A stretch of 64,000 bases of DNA, taken from positions 160,001 through 224,000 of the forward strand of contig BTVJ01000003.1 of assembly GCA_045863395.1 (NCBI GenBank), given 5' to 3'. Position numbers and translations under genes: made by a program. Of this stretch, positions 35,597 through 44,800 are shown in pieces. Origin of the DNA: Myxococcales bacterium (GTDB lineage: Bacteria; Myxococcota_A; UBA9042; JABWCM01; BTVJ01). Numbering within the stretch: position 1 is the stretch's first letter; every line of letters starts with the position of its first letter. The notes under the pieces are model-generated. The model was not told the DNA's origin. It saw only the letters and a program-made list of their open reading frames with translations, and did no database searches.

Positions 35597-36490
35597 CTAC
35601 ACCTCGTCCACGGTGACGTCGCGGGGGTGCAGCACGACCTCGAACACGCCCGTGCCGCTGGCCCGCACCAGATCGGGGCGCACCCGGGCGCGGCGCAGGC
35701 GGTCTCGCAGCCGGAACATGGCGACGTCGAGCTTGCGCCGCAGGCTGTCCCGCCCCTCGTCGTGCCCCCAGAGCTCACCGGCCAGGGCCTCCCAGGACAT
35801 GGGGCGCCCGGCCGCGATCAGCTCGCTCAAGATGCGCGCCGACAACCCGGTGATCACGACGGTCTCACCGTCGCGGGCGATGTGGACCGTGTCGTAGCGC
35901 GCGACGATGCGGAGCGGTCCGGCGAGGCGGCTGGCGGCTGTCGCATCCGTGATGGAGGCGACCGTCGGCACGGCGACCGCCCGGAAGGCGCGGCCCTCCG
36001 CCGTGAACGCATCCCCGGGAAGGAGGGGGCGCGGCGGCTCGGAGCCCAGCCGGAGCGTGAAGCCGAGGCCGCTCGACCAGATCACGGCGGCGGCCGCCGG
36101 GTGGACGCTGGGCTCGAGGGACGGGCGAGGTCGGAGCACCAGGGAGCAGGCGCTGTGCAGCACCTGCCGCGCCAGCCCGTCGCCCTCCAGCGCCAGGACC
36201 GCCTCGGGGAGGGTGACGTCCTCCACCGTCAGGTCAAGGCCCGGGGCCAGGCTCACGACGAGCCCGGGGGTCAGCTCCACCTCCCCGAGCCAGTGCCCTC
36301 CGACGCCGATGCGCCCCCGCAGCCCGACGAGGCGGAGCTCACCGCCGCGCAGGCTCACCATGGCGTGGGCCTCCGACACCCGCGGGTCGTCGAGCTGGAG
36401 CCGCGCGGACCACAGCCTTCCGATGAGCTCACCGTGGCCCAGGGTGGCTGACTCGCCGGTCGGCAGTCGGAACAGTGCCTCTACGCGCAT
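35597..36490 (-). CDS. FHA-domain protein with C-terminal winged-helix-like domain
   Basis: LIGR..LDDPRVSEAHA (FHA); C-terminal ARILSEL..WEALAGELWG..LDVAMFRLRDRL (OmpR-like wHTH); ends 6 bp before the kinase start. Confidence 0.75.
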   Translation of the reverse strand: MRVEALFRLPTGESATLGHGELIGRLWSARLQLDDPRVSEAHAMVSLRGGELRLVGLRGRIGVGGHWLGEVELTPGLVVSLAPGLDLTVEDVTLPEAVLALEGDGLARQVLHSACSLVLRPRPSLEPSVHPAAAAVIWSSGLGFTLRLGSEPPRPLLPGDAFTAEGRAFRAVAVPTVASITDATAASRLAGPLRIVARYDTVHIARDGETVVITGLSARILSELIAAGRPMSWEALAGELWGHDEGRDSLRRKLDVAMFRLRDRLRRARVRPDLVRASGTGVFEVVLHPRDVTVDEV

Positions 36491-36665
36491 CACGGGGGAG
36501 GACTCTAGCGGGGCCACCCCAGGCGATCAACGCGGGCCATGTAAGAAGCGCGCAGGGACATCGGGGCCGTCGCCGCCGCTACAGTGCAGGCTCAAGCCAA
36601 CATGCGACGGTCTCGCCCGCAAGGATCGTGCGGCCGTCGCTCCAGAATCACGACGAGAGGTCACC

Positions 36666-39479
36666 ATGAGCACGTGGAACGAGATGCGCACCCGCCGGGG
36701 ACCGGGCTCCCCGAGCGGGCGGTTCGGGCGAAGCCTCACCCTCTGTCTTGCGCTCGCGCTCGCAGGCAGCCTCTCCGCCTGCGAAGACGAGGCGGCCTCT
36801 CCAGCGGGCGGGGGCGGGACGGACGCGGGCACGATCACCACGGACACCGGAGGCACGGGGGCAACCGACGGCGGCGGCGGAGGCGGTGGGACGGACGCGG
36901 GCACGATCGCCACGGACACCGGAGGCACGGGGGCAACCGACGGCGGCGGCGGAGGCGGTGGGACGGACGCGGGCACGATCGCCACGGACACCGGAGGCAC
37001 GGGGGCAACCGACGGCGGCGGTGGAGGCGGTGGGACCTCGGACACCGGGAACGGCTGCGCAGATGGGCTCCGGTGGAGCGGCGGGAGCTGCGTGGACATC
37101 GACGAGTGCGCCGAGGGCGGTCACGACTGCGACGCCAATGCGACGTGCACGAACACTCCGGGGGCCTTCACGTGCAAGTGCAAGTCGGGCTTCGGGGGCG
37201 ACGGCAAGACGTGCGTCGAGGGCGCCTGCGACCCCGGCTACAAGAAGAGCGGGTCGGGCTGCGCCGACATCAACGAGTGCAGCGAGGGGCTCCACGACTG
37301 CCACGCCAACGCGTCCTGCACCAACCTGACGGGCTCGTACTCCTGCGCGTGCAAGTCGGGCTACACCGGCGACGGCAAGACGTGCGCCGAGATCCCCTGC
37401 GACCCGGGCTTCAAGAAGAGCGGGACGATCTGCGTGGACATCAACGAGTGCAGCGAGGGCCTCCACGACTGCGACGTGAACGGGACCTGCACCAACTCCA
37501 CCGGGTCGTTCTCGTGCAAGTGCAAGACCGGCTACACCGGCGACGGCAAGACGTGCGCCGAGATCCCCTGCGATCCGGGCTTCAAGAAGAGCGGGACCAT
37601 CTGCGTGGACATCAACGAGTGCACGGAGGGCCTGCACGACTGCGACCCGAACGGGTCGTGCAGCAACATGACGGGATCGTTCACGTGCAAGTGCAAGTCT
37701 GGCTATGAGGGCGACGGCAAGTCCTGCACCGAGATCCCGTGCGCCCCGGGCTACAAGAAGAGCGGCTCGGGCTGCGTGGACATCCACGAGTGCAACGAGG
37801 GGCTGCACGACTGTGACCCGAATGCCTCCTGCTCGAACTCCACCGGCTCCTACTCCTGCAAGTGCAAGACGGGCTATGAGGGAGACGGCAAGAGCTGCGC
37901 GGACATCGACGAGTGCGCCACGGGCACCCACACCTGCGACGCCACGACCTTCTGCAAGAACACGGTGGGCGCCTTCACCTGCGACTGCGCCCCGGGCTAC
38001 TCGAAGGCCGGCTCCAAGTGCTTCGACATCAACGAGTGCCTGGACGGTACTGACGACTGCGTGGCGTGGTGCCAGAACGTTCCGGGATCATTCAACTGCA
38101 TGTCGACGGTGGCGGATGAGACCAGCCCCTACTATACGAAGACCTGCGACCCTGACTTCTCGTTCCACCAGTACAACTGGAAGGGCACGCCGCCCAACGA
38201 GACCTACGAGTACCAGACCAAGCTGATCGCGGACTGCCGGTGCGGCAACAACCGCATGCCCGTGCCGCTTGGCGGCCTGGCCATCTGCCAGAACCCGCTG
38301 GAGCTGCCGATGAGCTACGGGTTCGGGGCGGGCCCGACCATCCGCGAGCTCCCGAACGCGGGCATCCTGGGCGGCACCTTCGACCCGGAGACCCGCCTGA
38401 TGTATGTGGGCATAGAGTGGCAGGGCACCTTCTACGAGGACCAGGGCGCCATCCTGGCCATCGACGCCGACTCGGGCGACCGGACCATCATCTCTGGGCA
38501 GTGGCTGGACCCGGCCAACGGCTACGCGACCTACGGCGAGTCGGACCCGACCGACAAGACCTTCTGGACGGATGACATCATCGGCGGCCCCGCCTACAAG
38601 AACCCGCTCGGGCGCGTGTACCACGTGCGGCTCGGCCAGGACGGGTATCTCTACGCCTTCACCGGGGACAAGGACAACTACGCACACATCGTCCGCGTCG
38701 ACATCGCGACGGGCAACCGGAAGGTCATGTGGACGGAGAAGCGCTTCCTGGACCCGAAGAACCAGAACGAGCCTGCCCACGTCCAGTGCCCGAACGGCAT
38801 GAAGCTCGAAGGGTCCACCACCTGGGCCCAGATCTACGACTACGGCGGCTTCGAGCTCGACGCCAACGGCGACTACCTGGTGACGGTCCTCCAGAACGGC
38901 ACGACCAGCAACATCACGCCCAACGGCATCATTCGCATCAAGAAGGACGGCACGGACTGCCAGTGGGTCACCCGATTCGGCATGGGCACCAACAACGAGT
39001 TCTACGGCCAGACCATCGGTACGGGCCCGCTGGCACAGTTCTCCTTCGACGCGCTGTACCTCCACCAGGGGTTCCTGTACGCCGTGACCTCCAGCAACGC
39101 CATCGCCTTCAAGATCGACCCCACCACGGGCAACCGCACCATCGTCGCCAGCGACGCGGTCGGCACGGGGGCGCTCGTCGGCGTGGACTGGCTGAGCTGG
39201 GACCCGACCCGCAACATCATGTGGACCGGGGGCACGGGAGCGGGGACGACCATCGTCTCCTGGGACCTGGTGACGAACCAGCGGTCGAGCCACATCGGCC
39301 TCAAGGTCGCCAAGCCCAAGCAGTTCCAGACCGCGTCCGGGCCGCTCGACACCTGCTGCATGATCCACCTGCCGGGCTGGGTGGACACCGCCAACGGGCA
39401 CCTGCTCGTCGGCTTCAGCAAGTACGCCATCCTCCGCTTCGAGCCCGAGTCGGGCAACTCCGTCATCCTGTCGCTGTAG
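36666..39479 (+). CDS. Large lipoprotein with 7 calcium-binding EGF-like domains and a beta-rich C-terminal domain
   Basis: LSAC lipobox; DI(D/N/H)EC..C..C.N..G.(F/Y).C.C..G(F/Y).GDG..C repeats; ~460 aa propeller-like tail. Confidence 0.9.
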   Translation: MSTWNEMRTRRGPGSPSGRFGRSLTLCLALALAGSLSACEDEAASPAGGGGTDAGTITTDTGGTGATDGGGGGGGTDAGTIATDTGGTGATDGGGGGGGTDAGTIATDTGGTGATDGGGGGGGTSDTGNGCADGLRWSGGSCVDIDECAEGGHDCDANATCTNTPGAFTCKCKSGFGGDGKTCVEGACDPGYKKSGSGCADINECSEGLHDCHANASCTNLTGSYSCACKSGYTGDGKTCAEIPCDPGFKKSGTICVDINECSEGLHDCDVNGTCTNSTGSFSCKCKTGYTGDGKTCAEIPCDPGFKKSGTICVDINECTEGLHDCDPNGSCSNMTGSFTCKCKSGYEGDGKSCTEIPCAPGYKKSGSGCVDIHECNEGLHDCDPNASCSNSTGSYSCKCKTGYEGDGKSCADIDECATGTHTCDATTFCKNTVGAFTCDCAPGYSKAGSKCFDINECLDGTDDCVAWCQNVPGSFNCMSTVADETSPYYTKTCDPDFSFHQYNWKGTPPNETYEYQTKLIADCRCGNNRMPVPLGGLAICQNPLELPMSYGFGAGPTIRELPNAGILGGTFDPETRLMYVGIEWQGTFYEDQGAILAIDADSGDRTIISGQWLDPANGYATYGESDPTDKTFWTDDIIGGPAYKNPLGRVYHVRLGQDGYLYAFTGDKDNYAHIVRVDIATGNRKVMWTEKRFLDPKNQNEPAHVQCPNGMKLEGSTTWAQIYDYGGFELDANGDYLVTVLQNGTTSNITPNGIIRIKKDGTDCQWVTRFGMGTNNEFYGQTIGTGPLAQFSFDALYLHQGFLYAVTSSNAIAFKIDPTTGNRTIVASDAVGTGALVGVDWLSWDPTRNIMWTGGTGAGTTIVSWDLVTNQRSSHIGLKVAKPKQFQTASGPLDTCCMIHLPGWVDTANGHLLVGFSKYAILRFEPESGNSVILSL
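36816..37036 (+). repeat. 72 bp coding tandem repeat x3 (Gly/Thr linker)
   Basis: GTDAGTI(T/A)TDTGGTGATDGGGGGG starting at 36816, 36888 and 36960. Confidence 0.9.
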
Positions 39480-39499
39480 GGGTCGGGTCGCCCATCGAC

Positions 39500-39526
39500 G
39501 GGGGCGGCTTGTCGAGGCCGCCCCCC
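39500..39526 (+). terminator. GC-rich hairpin downstream of EGF gene
   Basis: GGGGGCGGC-N8-GCCGCCCCC; no U-tract. Confidence 0.4.
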
Positions 39527-39544
39527 TGCGCTACCCTGCGGCCC

Positions 39545-40219
39545 ATGGAAGACCTCTACTTTCGTCAGATCCCTGTCGGCCCCATGTCCAACTTTGCCTA
39601 CGCCATCGGCTCGCTCTCGACGCGCGAGTGCGTGCTGGTGGACCCGGCCTGGGAGGTCAGGGCGCTCCTCGACCAGCTCGACGAGGACGGCATGACCCTG
39701 ACCGGCGCGCTGGTCACCCACTACCACCCGGACCACTGCGGCGGCTCCATGTACGGCTTCGCGGCGGAGGGGCTGCCCGAGCTGATGAAGCTCCGGCCGG
39801 TGCCGGTCCACGTCAACGAGCACGAGGCGGAGGGGCTCCGGCGGGTGACGGGGCTGTCCGCGTCGGATCTGACCCGGCGCGCCTCGGGGGACCGGGTGGT
39901 GGTCGGTGGGGTCGAGCTGACCTTCCTCCACACCCCGGGTCACACGCCAGGGAGCCAGTGCTTCCTGGTCGGCGACCGCCTGGTGAGCGGCGACACGCTG
40001 TTCCTGCAAGGGTGCGGCCGCGTGGACCTGCCCGGCGGGGACGCGGCCGCCATGTACGAGTCGCTGACACAGCGCCTGTCGGCTCTCCCCGACGACACGA
40101 TCCTCTACCCGGGCCACCTCTACTCCCCGGAGCCCCACGCCCCGCTCCGCGACGTCCGCCGCACCAACTACGCGCTCCTGGTGCCGACCCTGAAGGACTG
40201 GCTGCGGATGATGGGGTAG
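39545..40219 (+). CDS. MBL-fold metallo-hydrolase (glyoxalase II-like)
   Basis: THYHPDHCGG, HTPGHTPGS, SGDTLF..GCGR, YPGH. Confidence 0.9.
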   Translation: MEDLYFRQIPVGPMSNFAYAIGSLSTRECVLVDPAWEVRALLDQLDEDGMTLTGALVTHYHPDHCGGSMYGFAAEGLPELMKLRPVPVHVNEHEAEGLRRVTGLSASDLTRRASGDRVVVGGVELTFLHTPGHTPGSQCFLVGDRLVSGDTLFLQGCGRVDLPGGDAAAMYESLTQRLSALPDDTILYPGHLYSPEPHAPLRDVRRTNYALLVPTLKDWLRMMG

Positions 40220-40252
40220 GGGGCCGCGACGACGGATGTCAGCGCGCTGGAG

Positions 40253-40654
40253 TCAGTCCGTCGTTGGCAACACCCTCACGGTGATCTCCCGGCACCTCGT
40301 GAGGTCGCCGTCGTTGCTCAGATAGGCCGAAGCCTCCCAGGCGATGGCCGTGGCGAGGTGGATGGCGTCGGGAACCTTGAACCCGTACCTTGCGCGGAGG
40401 TCTGTGGCGATGTCCACGACCCGGCGGTCGATCTCGACGGCCGGCAGGCCGCCATCGAACAGCGCGTTGTATCTCTGGACGAGGTCCAAGTCTCCATCCC
40501 GAAGCGGCTTGACTCGGCACTCGATGCGGGTGAGCTGTGACGTGAAGAGCGGAACGGGGTCATAGCCTGCGACGAGCGTTCGTGCAGCCTCGCGTACTTC
40601 AGGCTCCCCTTCCGTCAGATAGATGATGATGCAGGAGTCCAGGTAGACGCTCAT
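40253..40654 (-). CDS. vapC: PIN-domain (VapC-like) toxin
   Basis: VYLDSCIIIY..E, RIECRVKP, PDAIHLATA, SND. Confidence 0.9.
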   Translation of the reverse strand: MSVYLDSCIIIYLTEGEPEVREAARTLVAGYDPVPLFTSQLTRIECRVKPLRDGDLDLVQRYNALFDGGLPAVEIDRRVVDIATDLRARYGFKVPDAIHLATAIAWEASAYLSNDGDLTRCREITVRVLPTTD

Positions 40655-40860
40655 TCAGAGTCCCACGAGTCCCGCGCCTCCCGGAGCTGCTCGTCAATCT
40701 CCCCGCGCGACCGCTGCCCCTGTGGCAGTTGCGCCAGAAGATCGTAGATCGTGCGGGATGCACCACGGATCATCAGTCTCGCGTCATTTGGGGGAGGCAG
40801 GAGCTGCAAGTATGGCCGAGGGGAGCGCGGCTCGATGAATCGCGAGGGCAACGCGGTCAT
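40651..40860 (-). CDS. Putative antitoxin
   Basis: C-terminal RSRGEIDEQLREARDSW motif of PIN-associated antitoxins; ATGA overlaps on both sides. Confidence 0.65.
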   Translation of the reverse strand: MTALPSRFIEPRSPRPYLQLLPPPNDARLMIRGASRTIYDLLAQLPQGQRSRGEIDEQLREARDSWDSE

Positions 40861-41852
40861 TGGACTCTCCCATGAATCAAGGCAGCCAGGTCTGCGCTGG
40901 CGTCCGGGGTCAGGTCAAGGCGGCCCTGCTTGAAGAGTCTGGCCATGGTGGCGTGTTCGTCGACCCACACGAGCCTGTCCTCTAGCCGCAATCCGGCGAA
41001 CCCAGTGTGCTCGAATCGTCTCCGCAGACGCTCTCTGACGAGCTCCGGAGCCTCCGTGCGGCGGTTGACGACTGGCACCACCGTCGGGAGCTGCTGACGA
41101 AGCGCCACGAAGGCCTCCATGGCGGCGAAGAGGTCTGAGCGGTCGGCGCCGGTCACCAGGAATGCACGGACGTCCAGTCGTTGTCCCGAGTCGAGGGACG
41201 GAAAGCCCGTTGGTAGGGGTCTGTGCCCGTGGATGTGCGCGCAGAGCGACAAGACCTCGGTCGCAAAGCCGAAAAGCCCCGGAGACAGGTCGATGACGAC
41301 ATGGGTCGTCTCCGGCATCTGCTCTGCGACACTCGCGAGAATCCAGGCGAACCGCCGGGTCCAGGGCCCCAAGGGCTCCGTCACCGGCAGCCAGGCCAGC
41401 GCTTGTCCGACGTCCCGCGGGAGCGACGACGACGGGAGGTAGGCCACCCCGTCATCGGGATCGGACCTCCAGACGGCGCTCGCGATGAAGCACTCCTGCT
41501 CCGGGTAGGCCCCTCGATAGCCGAGCACATCGTTGAAGAATGGGGGGGGAGGTGCTTCCCCGTCTGTTGCGAGACCCCGGGCGTCACGGGCTGCCAGGGT
41601 CTCTCCCCGCGACATCCAGGCCCCCGTGGGCGGTGCACTCAGGTCCAAGGCACCGGCTGCGGTCCTCATGCTGCGTGGTGCGCACAGGTCGAGACCGTCG
41701 GCGAGCGATGTGCCGGTCAGGTCGCCGTCTACCACGAGCGGACGGCCGCCCGTCGCAGACAGGACCTGTGACAACCCCACAGCCAGCGTCGACTTGCCGA
41801 CGCCGCCCTTGACGGAGCACAGAACCCAGACATGGAGGGGGGGGACGTTCAC
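40857..41852 (-). CDS. ParA/MinD-like P-loop ATPase
   Basis: SVKGGVGKST (deviant Walker A), LVVDGD, VVIDLSPG, VVNR. Confidence 0.85.
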   Translation of the reverse strand: MNVPPLHVWVLCSVKGGVGKSTLAVGLSQVLSATGGRPLVVDGDLTGTSLADGLDLCAPRSMRTAAGALDLSAPPTGAWMSRGETLAARDARGLATDGEAPPPPFFNDVLGYRGAYPEQECFIASAVWRSDPDDGVAYLPSSSLPRDVGQALAWLPVTEPLGPWTRRFAWILASVAEQMPETTHVVIDLSPGLFGFATEVLSLCAHIHGHRPLPTGFPSLDSGQRLDVRAFLVTGADRSDLFAAMEAFVALRQQLPTVVPVVNRRTEAPELVRERLRRRFEHTGFAGLRLEDRLVWVDEHATMARLFKQGRLDLTPDASADLAALIHGRVQ

Positions 41853-44800
41853 TCTATCTGCTCCAAGGCGGCAAGGAGCTGCCGCACTCGAACATCATGC
41901 TGCCAGGGGTCGCGCGTCGCAAGCCCGGCGAGGATGACGCGCGCCTCATCCCGCCCCGCGGGTGGCGCCTCCATTGCCGCAGAGCCGAGCGCCAACGCCA
42001 CGGCGATCCGGTCTCCGCCGTTCTCTGCGACCAGGCGGTCCAGCTCGTCCACCTCGCCAGCGAGCTGGTCGGGACTGGAGCGAGCGGTCGCCAGCAGGTG
42101 ACGTCCGGCAAAAGCCGCCCAGTTGGGGTGCTGTGCCCGAGCCGCAAGCAGGCGGTGCACTCCGGGGTCGACGGGGATCCGGCCCAGGGCGTGGAGCGCC
42201 ACTGACACGGCGAAATGAGCGACATCTCCCAGGGTCTCTGCGCCAGTGCGGTGGAGCACCTCGAGGGCCTCCAGCTCCGAGTCGCTCGCCTCGTCGATGG
42301 CCTGGGCGGCGGCGACGAGCACCACGGGTCTCACGGGATCTGGTGGTGTGTCGGGCAGGTGTTTGGGACGACCGGCGTCCTTCAGCCAGCGCAGGCGGAC
42401 GTCCGGCGCCAGGGAGGCCCACTGGTCGGAGTCCAGCCGCAGGAGGACGAGCATCGCGAGGTCTGGCACCGTGGCGGCGGGGCTCCAGTCGACCACGGCG
42501 TCCGTCCGCCCTCCACGTCGGTGCTCCCGCTCGTCGGGGGTGGGCTCGCGGCTCGCGAGCTCTCGCAGGACGGCCAGCACACCTCGAGTGGCGACGCTGT
42601 GCAGCTCCGCGCCGTCCCGCGACCGGGCCAGCTCTTCAGACGAGCGCAGCGCGTGGAGCACTGCCATCGTCCGAAGCTGGCGCCCCCCGGCGTATCGCGC
42701 CGGGTCCGGGACGTCCGAGCTGTGCGGAGCCCCCCAGGCATCGAGCCCGTGCTCGTCCAGCCGCTGCATGAAGGCCTGCCGGGCCTCGAGAGGAGCTGCA
42801 TCGAGCAGCGTGATGAACCAGGTCGCGAGGCGCCAGGTCAACCACATGCGCTCGCGAGGGGGAGCGTCGGCGCCGGCGAGGCTCTCGACCACCCGCTGGC
42901 ACAGCCGCAGGATCTGAGGCTCGCGCCTCGCGAACCCTGGCTGCGCGCGGCGGGGCAGGGTCGCCGCTGCGTCGCCCGTGGGCGAGGTGGTTGGCACGAG
43001 CGTCCCGATCACGCCCTCCACGAGTCGGGGGAGCTCGGATCTCAGGTCGACCTGGCCGGCGGGGAGGTCCCAGACCGCCTTCTGCGCGGCAGCCGCCCGG
43101 AGCACGACGAGGCTCGCCGAGAGCCACCCCGTCGGGACGGAGTCTGGATCCCTCATGTGTCCGAGGGCCTCGTTGAGCAGCTCTGCGCTCCGCTCGTCCG
43201 CGTCAAGGAGTGTGGCAGACAGGTTCGCCAGCGGTCCCGGGATTCGCGCGAGCATCAGCAGGAGCTCCCACTTGTCGCGGCGATGCGACCAGGCGCCCGT
43301 CGTGAGCCGGTCGCGCAAAATCTCGACGAGGGGGCCGTCCGGTAGGGGACCAGGCTCGGAGAGGATCTGTCGCAGCTCGTCGACGTCTTTCAGCGTCGCG
43401 AAGGGGACGCCCCCGAGCTGCCAGGAGAAGAGCCAGGATGGGTCCTGGCGCATGTGGCGCCACGGGGCGCGCGCGGCCGCCACCGCGGCCGCCTCGAGGC
43501 GCGCGCCATCAGCGGGGTCGCTGGCCGCACCCAGGAACGCATCGTGGAGGCGCCCGTCCAGCGGCCCGAAACGCGCGGCGGCCCAGGTGGCCCATGTCCC
43601 AAGCGCTGAGGCGCCCAGGCGGAGGACGACGGCCTCCGCGGGGACCTCCGCAGCGACCGTCAGGCCCCCGGCGTCCTCATAGGTGAACTGAATGTCCCCG
43701 TCGGCGTCGACGAGCGCCCGAGGCTGTGCTTCCACGAGCGACACACACCGCTGCACGAGCTCCAGGAGCGACACGAACCTCGTCCCACCGTCCCCGCTGA
43801 CGCGCAGCCCGACGCGCTCCAGAGGTTGTTGCTCCCACTGCGAAGAGGCGATGACCAGGGTGGCGAGGGCGCCCCGCGTGAGGGCATGGGGCCCGGTGTC
43901 GGCGGCGAGCGCCAAGGTCGCCTGCTCGAGGCTCACCAGCTCGGGGGGCGGCCCCTCGCCCGAGTCCTGGAGGCGCGGGCCCATTGACACCCAGAGGTCG
44001 GAGAGCGCGCGCTGTGCGGGCTCTCGCCGAGACGGGGCTCCCTGGACCCACCGCCCGATGGCGGTCCACATGCGGCCCGCCGGAGCGTCCATACTGCTCG
44101 CGTAGGCGTCGCCCTCACGCGTGAAGGCGGCGAGGGGGGTGCGCAGGGCTGCCAGGCCGAGGAAGACCAGCAGCGGCTGCGTCAGCGCTCCAGGGTCGGC
44201 GACGCTGGACGGCGGCGCGTCACTAGCGCTGTGTCGCGCCAGCAGGAGCGACTTGCCGGACTCCTCCGCCGTGTCGAGCAGCGCGCGCGTCAGCCTCTCG
44301 GCGGCTTGCAGGTCTGCGCCGTCCGGGAGCCACGTGTCTGCGAGGGCCGCTGCAAACGTCTGCGCCACGAAGAGGACGAGCGGCCCCTGCCCCAGGTGGG
44401 CCCGGCGGAAGGCGGCTGGCACTGCGGCGAGCAGACGCGCGGGTCTGCCCTGATCCAAGGTGGCGTACCGCCTCGCGAGCTCCTTCAGGAGGTCTGAGCC
44501 GAGCGCCTCGATGGTGCCGTGCTCGGCGAGCTGCTCTCGCTTGGGCATGGCCTCGGCCGGGGGGCACAGGCGGTCGACGAGGTCTGGAAGGTGGACCTCG
44601 CGCTTTCGCACGGACGTCCTCTCGTGATGGAGGGTCGAGGCCAACGACGGTAGGGGCGCCAGCGCTCTGGCGGCATCGAGGAGCGCCACCGGATGGAGGG
44701 CGCTGGCGGCGGCCTCCGCCACGAGGATGCGCCTCTGACCATTGCACCACCGCCAGCGTTGAAGCAGCTCCCTCAGATAGTCTGCTGCGAGCGGGTGTCG

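Noticed and set aside
35907..36665. N-terminal extension of the EGF ORF
   Set aside because: Antisense to the FHA gene; RBS and lipobox point to 36666.
40857..41852. Plasmid or chromosome partition locus
   Set aside because: No ParB or parS-like repeats nearby; the ATPase is coupled to the SIR2 gene.
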